64,000 nucleotides of DNA from IMG/VR virus record IMGVR_UViG_3300033076_001357, positions 21,120 through 85,119 of that record. The stretch is one strand, 5' to 3'. The position numbers and the translations under genes are program-made. The stretch's first letter is position 1, and every line of letters begins with the position of its first letter. Below are positions 27,637 through 36,289 of this stretch, one piece after another. The DNA comes from a virus. Taxonomy: Duplodnaviria > Caudoviricetes. The notes below the pieces were generated by a model that searched no databases, was not told where the DNA came from, and worked only from the letters and a program-made list of their open reading frames with translations.

Positions 27637-28080
27637 TTATAGGCCTCGGTAGGCCCTTCCCATTATCCTGGCTATCTCGCTCAGTTTGCCGCGTACCGCT
27701 CGATCGGGGTAGTTGTTGGGCCGGGTGCCAGGGTGAGCCACCCAAGCCGCGAACGCGTCTGTGCCCCAGTGAAGCGCTCTTGCCGTGTCCGGGGTGATGA
27801 TGTGCGCCCCCGTCCCGTGAATCACGTACGGGGCGTACGGAACGTCCCCGGCGGAAAACACCAGCTTTATGCTGTTGCCGGTGCGGACCTGGGTAACCTG
27901 GGTGGAGTCCCTAAGGGCACCAGTCATAACCGGCGCCTCGGATTTTATTGCCTCCACCAGCATCGGTCCGACCTTGTCGGCCCACCTGCGGCTGGCCGAG
28001 TCCCACCTCAGGTTGCCTATGAAAGCCCGTACCTTACCGACGTTGTGGCCTTCGATTAGGACTATGTCTCCGCTGGGCAT
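27637..28080 (-). CDS. HK97 gp10-like tail completion protein
   Basis: APVMTGALRDS...YAPYVIHGT...VAHPGTRPN. Confidence 0.75.
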   Translation of the reverse strand: MPSGDIVLIEGHNVGKVRAFIGNLRWDSASRRWADKVGPMLVEAIKSEAPVMTGALRDSTQVTQVRTGNSIKLVFSAGDVPYAPYVIHGTGAHIITPDTARALHWGTDAFAAWVAHPGTRPNNYPDRAVRGKLSEIARIMGRAYRGL

Positions 28081-28081
28081 A

Positions 28082-28564
28082 TCAGGCTTGCACCTGTTCC
28101 CTGACGTCGCAGATGATGCGGGCCGTGTACACCAGCCACCGCTGGTCTTCCACCGAGTGCACCGGCGAGTAGTCCCACCTCAGACGTTCACCGATCATCT
28201 CTATGTTGGAGTTCTGACCGGTGAGGGGGTCTTTGGCGTTCAGCACCGGCATGGGCGTCACCCGCAGCCTCTGGCACACCGCGTCCACGATGGCGGGGAA
28301 CGCCACGTCCGACGCCTGGTCGTCCGCCGGTCCGAACCAGATCAGCCACAGGTCGATCTCGTGCTTGATCACCCGGAACCCGAGACCTCGCGGCATGGAC
28401 CTGCGGATGTCCTCAGCTGTCGACCCCCACACGTACACCGCCGGGTCCATTCCGTTACCCGGGTTGGGCGGCGAGATGTACGCGGTCAGTACCCCGGCTG
28501 ACCCGGGCAGCTGCAGCTGGTCCAACACTCCCTTCAGCAGCTGTTGTACGGTGTTGAGAGGCAC
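28082..28564 (-). CDS. Tail terminator-like protein
   Basis: Position and size; start taken at GTG 28564. Confidence 0.55.
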   Translation of the reverse strand: MPLNTVQQLLKGVLDQLQLPGSAGVLTAYISPPNPGNGMDPAVYVWGSTAEDIRRSMPRGLGFRVIKHEIDLWLIWFGPADDQASDVAFPAIVDAVCQRLRVTPMPVLNAKDPLTGQNSNIEMIGERLRWDYSPVHSVEDQRWLVYTARIICDVREQVQA

Positions 28565-28574
28565 TAGGTCCGCC

Positions 28575-29540
28575 TTAGATGATGCGCTTGTACGGGTTGA
28601 GCATTGCCTTGGCCTCACTCAGCAGGTCGTCAGGGCCGCGCGATCCGCTGGACGTTTTCGATCCGGGAAGCGCCTGCACCGTCACCGCCGTGGCTCCTCG
28701 TACCAGCGCCTGAGACACGCACAGCAGTATTACGGCTTGCTGTATGGTCTCGGTCATCGTGGTGACGATGGTTCCGCTGACGTGCTCGTACACCAGCGGG
28801 GTGGTCAAATGGAGTACACCAGGTCCGGTTACCGCCCCCGTGGTGGCAGGAGTGACCGAACTAACCAGGATGGTCTCCTGCCCGCTTGAGCTGTGAAGCG
28901 TACCCGACGCTCCCACCCACCCGGTTATGTCGTCCACCGACAGGGACGTGGCTCCCACCAGCGCGTCGGCCGTCAGTGACCCGTGTGGCCAGCCGTTGAT
29001 ATAAGTTATCTGGACGTCGTAGGCCATGCGGCCGAACGCCCAGGTAACGATGCCGGGCGCCAGCAGTATCGACTGGCCACCGTCTCCCGATCCGTTGGGG
29101 GCGGTGGACCCGTAGGTACCCACCACCGGCCGGTCCACCCTCATCTGGTTGGCCGATATGGCGGTGTACTCCGGAGGAAACGCCGAAGCGGGGGACCACT
29201 GACCCGACACGATGGACAGCACCGGCAGCCTGGACGCGATGACCCGGGCCCGGCCGTTTCGCTGAAGCTGGAACCTGAAGTCGCCGGGGCCGGTGAACGT
29301 CTCGGTGTCCACCGTTGCCCGAAGGGTGGTGTTGCAGATGCTGTCGGCCATAGCCGACGCCCTGGCGCAGATATTGGACACCTCGGCGTAGTACGCCGAG
29401 GGGGTGGGCTTGCCGCTGTTGGATCCTACGGTAGACCAAGAGATGCCGGTGGGGGCGGCCAGCAGCATCTCCGGGCTTACGTACGGCGTGCTAGGACCGG
29501 TTACCAGAACCCCGGTAGTGTCTTCCAGTCCCATCGTCAC
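28575..29540 (-). CDS. Head-to-tail adaptor
   Basis: YVSPEML...YINGW...IQQAVILL...LLNPY-like C-terminus. Confidence 0.7.
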   Translation of the reverse strand: MTMGLEDTTGVLVTGPSTPYVSPEMLLAAPTGISWSTVGSNSGKPTPSAYYAEVSNICARASAMADSICNTTLRATVDTETFTGPGDFRFQLQRNGRARVIASRLPVLSIVSGQWSPASAFPPEYTAISANQMRVDRPVVGTYGSTAPNGSGDGGQSILLAPGIVTWAFGRMAYDVQITYINGWPHGSLTADALVGATSLSVDDITGWVGASGTLHSSSGQETILVSSVTPATTGAVTGPGVLHLTTPLVYEHVSGTIVTTMTETIQQAVILLCVSQALVRGATAVTVQALPGSKTSSGSRGPDDLLSEAKAMLNPYKRII

Positions 29541-29717
29541 CCACCTCCCTGGCGCACTTGGTGCACACCCACTGGTCTATCGACGGGTCCCAGGTGACGT
29601 GGCGGGTGCACACCCCCCTGTCGCACCTGGCGCACACCTGTACGATGTCACCCGTCCGGACAGATCGGCCGCGCACGGGCCCCGAGCACCTGGCGCACCG
29701 GTTGCCCGGACGGGACA

Positions 29718-30230
29718 TTACTGGGCTGCCTTGCGAGGAGCTGCCACCTTCTTGGCGGGGGCCCCTGCCAGAGTGACCGTCGGACCTCCGGCGGGGGCGG
29801 TGTTGTCCAGGCCCGCGATGGTGAGAAGCTGGGCCAGGTCCTCGGGGGCCAGGCTCTTCAGCGCCGACATCAGCTCGGAGGTGGACGGCGGGGCCGGGGC
29901 CGGGGCCGCGTGGCCCAGGTATCCCTGACGAACGGCGGCGGCCAGCGTGTCGCCGAGCTGCCGCACCATCAGAGCGGTGGCGGCGGAACCTTCCTTCTCC
30001 TGGGTCTCCAGCAGCCTGCGCTCGTCCGGGGTCAGCGCCACCTTGTCGATGCTGTGGGCCCAGCCGTGGGAACTCAGCGGGGGCCGGGTCAGCGCCTGGC
30101 CGCAGCTCTCGCAGTCCAGCGCCCACCGCTCCCCCTCGGCCAGCTCGGCGGAGACGTGCGGTTCACCGCACCCTCCGAACTGAATCGGGACGGTGATGGC
30201 CCGGACGTCCGACGGGGCGTAAACGGTCAT
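29718..30230 (-). CDS. Hypothetical protein with a CxxC motif
   Basis: ATG at 30230 overlaps the upstream stop. Confidence 0.55.
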   Translation of the reverse strand: MTVYAPSDVRAITVPIQFGGCGEPHVSAELAEGERWALDCESCGQALTRPPLSSHGWAHSIDKVALTPDERRLLETQEKEGSAATALMVRQLGDTLAAAVRQGYLGHAAPAPAPPSTSELMSALKSLAPEDLAQLLTIAGLDNTAPAGGPTVTLAGAPAKKVAAPRKAAQ

Positions 30231-30511
30231 TCGGCAGTCTCCTCGATGGTGGCGTCCCCGCACCGGGGACAAGTCTCGTTCCACGCGTTCCATCTGCGCC
30301 CTCGGCACGGGACGCACACCCGGGTCCGCTTGGTGCCGAACGACATCTGCTCGCCGCTGGACATGATGCCGGACTGCCCGTAGAACGACGTCTTGAGGTA
30401 CCGCGCGTGGCTCTCGCTTACTTCGACCTTGTCCCCGGGCTTGGCTGAATACTTGGTGCCGTCGGCCATGTCCAGCCCGCGACAGCCGTCCGGCAGCTGT
30501 ATCTTTGGCAC
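30227..30511 (-). CDS. Small zinc-ribbon protein
   Basis: CVPC...CPRCG. Confidence 0.6.
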   Translation of the reverse strand: MPKIQLPDGCRGLDMADGTKYSAKPGDKVEVSESHARYLKTSFYGQSGIMSSGEQMSFGTKRTRVCVPCRGRRWNAWNETCPRCGDATIEETAE

Positions 30512-30618
30512 CTGGCACCTCTCGACGTAGCTAGCAAGTTACCCCGATGGTACCAGATCAACGGCCACCACGCCACCACCCGGCTCGACCGCTGCCGGAT
30601 GGTGGCGCCTTGGGGTGA

Positions 30619-31155
30619 TCAGCCGACCCGGCGGGCGACCAGGGTGGCACCGTAGACCGAGCTGGCGGTGGCGTTGCCGAGGGCCTTGACGTTGACGGTG
30701 TCCACGGCCGACAGGTTGAGCACCACTGGCGGAATGTCCCATTCCACTGTGGATCCGGTGGTCGACGGGACGATCACCAGAATCGGGTTCAGCCGGGCGG
30801 TCGAGGTCTGGTACAGCGCCATGTTGTTGGTGTCGGCGGCGGCTACCGTGGTGCCCGAGATGGTGACCTTGCCCGACACCTCCCACAGACCAGCGGTACC
30901 GGGGGTGATGGTGACGACCACGGCGGCGGCGGCCGGAGCCGACGCGGTTCCGGTGGCCTGGACGGTGATCGCCGAGTCTCGGTACGAGGCTGTCTGCAGG
31001 CTGGCCACGCCGCCCGACGCCAGGCTGGTGGCCAGGGCGTTGCCGTTGACGTCGCCGATGGTGACGATCTGTTCGGTGATGCCGGGGGCAGGCTGAGCGT
31101 ACCCGCCGGTCACCGGCTCGTTGGGACTCTGCGCGTTGAAGCTGGAGTTGGCCAT
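30619..31155 (-). CDS. Putative virion (decoration) protein
   Basis: Ala/Thr/Val-rich; downstream of the capsid gene. Confidence 0.55.
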   Translation of the reverse strand: MANSSFNAQSPNEPVTGGYAQPAPGITEQIVTIGDVNGNALATSLASGGVASLQTASYRDSAITVQATGTASAPAAAAVVVTITPGTAGLWEVSGKVTISGTTVAAADTNNMALYQTSTARLNPILVIVPSTTGSTVEWDIPPVVLNLSAVDTVNVKALGNATASSVYGATLVARRVG

Positions 31156-31174
31156 CTTCTGCTGTCCTCCCTGG

Positions 31175-31480
31175 TCAGCTGACGCTGACGGTGGTGTACG
31201 CCTGGATGCCGGTGACCGCAGCGTTCAGCGTCGACGCCATGCTCTTGACCTGGGTGGCGACGAAGTCTCGCACCAGCTGGTCGGCGATGCGCTCGGTGGT
31301 CTGCGGCCACGTGATGGTGACCGTGGCGGTCGACGCGCTGGCCGTGGCGGCGGTGTTGGACACCGTCGGGAACACGATGCCGTTGAACGCGGCGGCGATG
31401 GCCGTGGCGTCCGCGTTGGTGCCGCCCGGGGCGCTGAGCGTGACGGTGGTCTGGTAGGCGACCGTTCCGGTGATTGCCAT
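31175..31480 (-). CDS. Putative virion protein
   Basis: GGAGG RBS; downstream of the capsid gene. Confidence 0.55.
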   Translation of the reverse strand: MAITGTVAYQTTVTLSAPGGTNADATAIAAAFNGIVFPTVSNTAATASASTATVTITWPQTTERIADQLVRDFVATQVKSMASTLNAAVTGIQAYTTVSVS

Positions 31481-31508
31481 GAGGGGGGTTCTCCTCCCGT
31501 TTCAGACG

Positions 31509-31540
31509 CGGGCCGACCCGCCAGCTGGCGGGTCGGCCCG
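31509..31540. terminator. Perfect 32-bp palindrome after the major capsid gene
   Basis: CGGGCCGACCCGCCAG|CTGGCGGGTCGGCCCG. Confidence 0.6.
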
Positions 31541-31546
31541 AGACGG

Positions 31547-33379
31547 TTAGGACCAGGTGCCGGTGGATCCGGAACGGTCGGTCTGCTGGATGCCCTGGAG
31601 GATGCCGCAGTACTGCGGGGCGTTGGCCACCAGCGCGCCGTACATGAACATCGAGTAGCGGAAGCTGGCGTCGATGACCGGCCAGCTGATGCTCAGGTAG
31701 TCCTGGACGGTGGTGAACTCCCACACGTTGTTGACGTTCGACCAGGCGAACGGGAGCGTGTAGCTCTGTAGCAGCGCGGTGCCCTGCGTCAGCCACGGGT
31801 GGACCACGACCCGGACCGGCGAACGGGTGATCGGGTTCTGGAACTCGGACACCGCAGCGCCGAGCCGGACGCCGGGGACCTCCGACTGCTCGACGAACAG
31901 CCGGTAGGCGGTGTTCTGGGAACCCGCGTTGACGATGCTGTTGGACATCCGCATGACGTCGCCACCCTCGGCGACGATCTCGCTCGGGTCGGCGCGGTAC
32001 GATCCCGGGCCGTCCCACAGCTGCTGGAACGCGGTGTTGAGGACCGAGACGTTGAGGGTGTCTCCGACCGACTGGTTGACGTATCCGCCCTGCCACCCGG
32101 TCGGGTAGATCGCGCTCGGACCTGCCGAGTGGCCGGTCAGCACCGAGATCATGCCCTCCTGCCGGTTCGGCGAGGAGGTCCCGGTGTCGGCGGTGGGCGG
32201 GGTCGACCCGGAAACCGGAAGCGCACCCTGCAGGGTGAAGTTCAGGCCGCCGACGCCCGACTTCATCAGGTAGTACGTGCCAGCGCTGGCGCCGGTGGTG
32301 ACGTACAGGTTGTACCACTGCGCTCCGGCGACCGGAGAGATGGTGACGTCGACCACCTGGCCGGAGGACCAGCCCACGCTGGCGCCGGTCGAGGCGGCGG
32401 TCTCACCGTACCAGTTGGCAGCAGTGACCTTGACGAACACGTTGGTGGTGACGCCGGTCAGCGCGGTTTCGCCGGTGTTGGCGGTACGAGCCGCCAGGGC
32501 GGGGGTTCCCGGAGTGCTGAGAGCGACGGAGGTGGCAGCCAGGTGGGCGGCCTCCTCGTTCAGCATGAACTCCTGGAGCAGGATCAGGTTGGCGAGAGCA
32601 GAGACGTCCTCGAACCCCTGGCCACCGAACTGCGCGAGCCACGACAGCGACTCGGTCAGACCCCAGAACCGGTACGGAACGTTGAGGTCGACGGAGTCCT
32701 GGCTGCCCGAGCCCGGGAGGTTGAGCGGCCAGTTGGACATCGAGCCCGCGCCGGTGACCAACTCGGGGATGCCCAGGTCGACGAACTTGCCGCCGCTGGC
32801 GCCGGTCTGGGAGCCAGAGACGCCGGTGATGACCTTGGTCCTGCGGCTGGTGCCCTGGCCGGGGACGCGCGGCAGCTTGTTGCGGATCGGCGAGTACACC
32901 GGGTAGATCAGCCGGGACGGCGCGACCAGGTCGAACGGGACCAGGCCACTGGCCAGCGGGCTGGTCAGGGTGATGTTCTTGCCGATGGCGTCCGAGATCT
33001 GGGTCTGCAGCCCGCTGACGAACTGGTTCAGCATCTGGGTCTGCGGGTTGGCAGACAGGAACGACCCGAACTGGTTGGCGAAGTCCGGGCTCATCGACTT
33101 GAGTGCCGCGCCCGGGTCCCGGACCGCGTCCTTGATGGCCTTGGTGAAGACCACCTCGGCCCGCATCGAGCGCTTGAAGATCTCGCCGTCGTCGCTCAGC
33201 GGCCGGTTGCCGCCGGGCTTGGCATAGCCAGCGCCCTTGACGAGGGTGGTCATGGCGCCCGAGACCATGTGGTTGGGCTTCTCGAACTGATGGAACGCCG
33301 ATTCCGCCAGGAATTCCGGCGACGCTCCCGACTCGCGGATAGCGTCCATGACGTCCATCGTTCCGGTTGCTCCGGTCAT
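31547..33379 (-). CDS. Major capsid protein (610 aa, with an inserted Ig-like segment)
   Basis: Follows the protease/scaffold gene; FDLVAPSRLIYPVYSPIRNKLPRV, LQEFMLNEE, C-terminal LVANAPQYCGILQGI. Confidence 0.8.
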   Translation of the reverse strand: MTGATGTMDVMDAIRESGASPEFLAESAFHQFEKPNHMVSGAMTTLVKGAGYAKPGGNRPLSDDGEIFKRSMRAEVVFTKAIKDAVRDPGAALKSMSPDFANQFGSFLSANPQTQMLNQFVSGLQTQISDAIGKNITLTSPLASGLVPFDLVAPSRLIYPVYSPIRNKLPRVPGQGTSRRTKVITGVSGSQTGASGGKFVDLGIPELVTGAGSMSNWPLNLPGSGSQDSVDLNVPYRFWGLTESLSWLAQFGGQGFEDVSALANLILLQEFMLNEEAAHLAATSVALSTPGTPALAARTANTGETALTGVTTNVFVKVTAANWYGETAASTGASVGWSSGQVVDVTISPVAGAQWYNLYVTTGASAGTYYLMKSGVGGLNFTLQGALPVSGSTPPTADTGTSSPNRQEGMISVLTGHSAGPSAIYPTGWQGGYVNQSVGDTLNVSVLNTAFQQLWDGPGSYRADPSEIVAEGGDVMRMSNSIVNAGSQNTAYRLFVEQSEVPGVRLGAAVSEFQNPITRSPVRVVVHPWLTQGTALLQSYTLPFAWSNVNNVWEFTTVQDYLSISWPVIDASFRYSMFMYGALVANAPQYCGILQGIQQTDRSGSTGTWS

Positions 33380-33420
33380 GCGTTGCCCTCCTTTAGAGGC
33401 TAGAGCAGGTAGTGGTCAGG

Positions 33421-35994
33421 TCAGAACAGATCCGGCAGTCCCGCGTTGATCAGCGCCTGGTGCGCCCGCTCGCGGATGTCCGGGTCGCCGGACTCGGTGA
33501 GGTTGCGCAGGTACTGAACGTACGCGGCCTTCTCGGCCTTGACTGCCTTGTCCTGGGCTTCGGCGGCCAGGCTGCGGCGCTCCACGGGAGCGACCCCAGC
33601 TGCCTTCCTGACCGTACCCCGCATCGGGGCCTGGGCCGGGTCGGGCTGACGTCCCAGTTCGTCAAGCTCTCGCTTCAGAGCCTTGATCTTCTTCTTGTAC
33701 GGGTTGGTGGCCTTGTCGATCATCGACTTGACGGCCTTGGTGCTGACCGCCGCGCCAGCGGCGGTGTCCAGAGCGGGTCGGGGGGCGGGCATGGCGTCCG
33801 ACCCGTTGCGGGGCGGCAGCACGGTGTTGGACGGCGCCATCGGGCACAGCCCCACCGTGGTCTGCTCGATGTGGTCGTGAATGGCCTTCATTCGGTTGGC
33901 AGTGTACTCTAGCGCGGCGGCTGCGTACAAGTCCCTGCCGGATCCAGTGGCAACCGACCCCAGATCGTTGTTACCCTTGCTGGCCGGGCTGGGGCGCTCG
34001 TGGCCAGAGGTCAGCGGCCCCCGGTCGAACTTGCCAGGGTCCAGGCTGCGACCACCGGGAGGCAGCATCGGCTTCTTGCCGGCGGCGGTCAGCGGGGCGT
34101 GGCCGGACAGGATGTACGGACGCTGGAAGCTTCCGGGCTTCGGCGGGTTGCCCGGGGTCAGCCGGACCGTCGGGTACATGTCGGTGAACGACTTGTGGAC
34201 CAGGTCCCGTGCCTCGGCCAGCAGCCGGGGGTGCGACGACTTCAGAGCGTCGGCGTCCGTCGCCAGCCGCCCTAGCACCGTGGCCGACTCGATGTCGCCG
34301 TTCGACATCGCCTTGGCCGCTTCGGCCCACAGGTAGTCCCGGTCGATGGCGGCGTCCAGCGACTTGACGGAGTACTCGGCCATCACGTCGCTGGCGTGGT
34401 ACGCGGCGCACAGCGCGTCGTGCATCCGCTTCATCGCCAGCTGCGGGTCGTTGACCTTGGCGGACTTCTTGGTCTTGGCGTCCACCGACGACGGAACCTT
34501 GTCCGGCTTGGGGTCCTTCTTGGTCGGCATGCCAGCGTCCTGCTCCAGCTGCTCGACGGTGGTGTCTCCGTCGGGCTCTCGGTGCTCACCGGCTGGTGGC
34601 AGGAACCGCTTCTTGGCCTTCTTCGACTTCTTCTTGGCGGCCCGGGTCGGCAGCAGACTCTTGCCGGTGACGCAGGCCGCTCCGCACTGGGAGCAGAACC
34701 GGTCGTCGTCGTCGCAGTCCTTGCCGCACCCCGAGCAGTAGCACTTGGAGAGCGTCGCGGTCGAACCGTCTCCACCGTCGGACGGCTTGCACGTGCACGG
34801 GAACGCGCTGCAGCACGAGCAGACGCCGTCGTCGACGTCCTCCCCGCACACCGGGCACTTGTCGCCGTCGTACCCCTTGACCACCGGGATCTCCTCGGTG
34901 CGGTGAGCACCTTCACGCGCGCCGATGACGAAGGTCGGCTTCTTGCCGCCCTTCTTCGGCTTCTTGGCCTTGGAGGTAGCGTCCATCTCCTTCTTCCACG
35001 ACTCGGGCAGCTCAGCCACGAAGGACGCACCCTTCCGGCGGGCGATGCGGATGATTCGGCGCTTGAGTTCGTCGCTCGAATAGTTGTCCTCCCCGGCCCG
35101 GCCGATGGAAGACGCGGCGTCGCTGACGTCCCCGGGGGTGACGATCGGGAAGCTACGGTTGCGGCCAGCGAAGTCCTTGCCCGGGATCTTCTCCCGGTCC
35201 ACCCCGCCACCTACGTCCAGGTCCATCTCGCGCTTGGTCAGCCAGTCCTCGTAGCCGCCGTCCACCAGGCCGGTGTCCTCGCCCTTGGCGTGCCACCGCT
35301 GCCACTCGGCGCGCTTGGCCAGGTACTCGGGGCCCTGGGTGGCACTGGACGGGTCAGGTTCGCCCGCCAGCCACTCGGCGCGTTCGGCCAGCCACCGCCG
35401 GGCGAGACCGGTACCGGCGGCCTTGGCGGTGGCGTGACCCTCCAGGTCTCCGTAGGTCCAAGCGGTGGAATCCGACCCGTCCTCGGACTTGGACAGCTCG
35501 GTCTCGGACTTGGACAGCGTGATGGAGCAGTTCTTGTTGGCCGGTCGGTCCACCAGGGACAGCTCGAACAGCTCGCCGCCCTTGATGATGCCGCCTCGCG
35601 CCTTGCCGGTGATGTCTCGTTCGACCACCGGCCGGGAGATGCCCACCGAGTACGCCTGGAGAACCTTGGTCCTGACCAGCTTCTTGGCCGTGGGCTCGAC
35701 GATCAGAGCCTTGACGTAGTGGCCGTCGTCGGTTTCCTCGACCGTCAGGCCCTTACCGGCCGGGTACAGCGCCGGGTTGTGCTGTACCCGCACGTTGCCG
35801 CCGGTGTTCAGCCACTTCTGAAGCGCTGGGCCGGACCACTCCGGATCGACGATCTGGTCGTCACTGTCCACCGACCCGTCCGTGGCCTTGCCGTATACCA
35901 CGATGTCGCCGTCGTCGGTGGACTCGAACTTGGTGATGGGGAAACTGACGAACAGCTTGTCCGACTTACCCGCGTTGTCGAGAACAGTGGCCAC
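33421..35994 (-). CDS. Prohead protease/scaffold multidomain fusion
   Basis: HK97-type motifs (VYGKATDGSVDSDDQIVD, NVRVQH, AYSVG, LSLVDRPAN), then zinc ribbons and a coiled-coil C-terminus. Confidence 0.8.
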   Translation of the reverse strand: MATVLDNAGKSDKLFVSFPITKFESTDDGDIVVYGKATDGSVDSDDQIVDPEWSGPALQKWLNTGGNVRVQHNPALYPAGKGLTVEETDDGHYVKALIVEPTAKKLVRTKVLQAYSVGISRPVVERDITGKARGGIIKGGELFELSLVDRPANKNCSITLSKSETELSKSEDGSDSTAWTYGDLEGHATAKAAGTGLARRWLAERAEWLAGEPDPSSATQGPEYLAKRAEWQRWHAKGEDTGLVDGGYEDWLTKREMDLDVGGGVDREKIPGKDFAGRNRSFPIVTPGDVSDAASSIGRAGEDNYSSDELKRRIIRIARRKGASFVAELPESWKKEMDATSKAKKPKKGGKKPTFVIGAREGAHRTEEIPVVKGYDGDKCPVCGEDVDDGVCSCCSAFPCTCKPSDGGDGSTATLSKCYCSGCGKDCDDDDRFCSQCGAACVTGKSLLPTRAAKKKSKKAKKRFLPPAGEHREPDGDTTVEQLEQDAGMPTKKDPKPDKVPSSVDAKTKKSAKVNDPQLAMKRMHDALCAAYHASDVMAEYSVKSLDAAIDRDYLWAEAAKAMSNGDIESATVLGRLATDADALKSSHPRLLAEARDLVHKSFTDMYPTVRLTPGNPPKPGSFQRPYILSGHAPLTAAGKKPMLPPGGRSLDPGKFDRGPLTSGHERPSPASKGNNDLGSVATGSGRDLYAAAALEYTANRMKAIHDHIEQTTVGLCPMAPSNTVLPPRNGSDAMPAPRPALDTAAGAAVSTKAVKSMIDKATNPYKKKIKALKRELDELGRQPDPAQAPMRGTVRKAAGVAPVERRSLAAEAQDKAVKAEKAAYVQYLRNLTESGDPDIRERAHQALINAGLPDLF

Positions 35995-36094
35995 ACGGCT
36001 CCAGGGTTATCGGTGGTTGACGTCTACCAGGTGGGCCCGCGCACGGCGCCAACGCACCTTCACCGTAAATAATACTAGTCTTACGGCTGGTTGG

Positions 36095-36289
36095 TCAAGG
36101 CGTCACGGACACAACCGGGTTCAGTCGCATCGGCACCGCCAGCACCACCTTCTGGCTGGAATCTACTAGCGTAAGCATCTCTTCGCCGACCAGCATGTCT
36201 GCCGCCGTTACGCTGTACGACATCGGCGCGGGCACCGAGGACATCTGGCCGGGGGCCGGAGGCCAGAACGTTACGTTGAAAGTGCTCAT
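36095..36289 (-). CDS. Small hypothetical protein
   Basis: ATG at 36289 overlaps the portal stop. Confidence 0.5.
   Translation of the reverse strand: MSTFNVTFWPPAPGQMSSVPAPMSYSVTAADMLVGEEMLTLVDSSQKVVLAVPMRLNPVVSVTP

Noticed and set aside
29491-29718. 75-aa Cys-rich ORF (MSRPGNRCARC...)
   Set aside because: Plausible zinc finger with a start/stop overlap, but it overlaps the adaptor gene by about 50 nt and its RBS is weak, so I left it uncalled.
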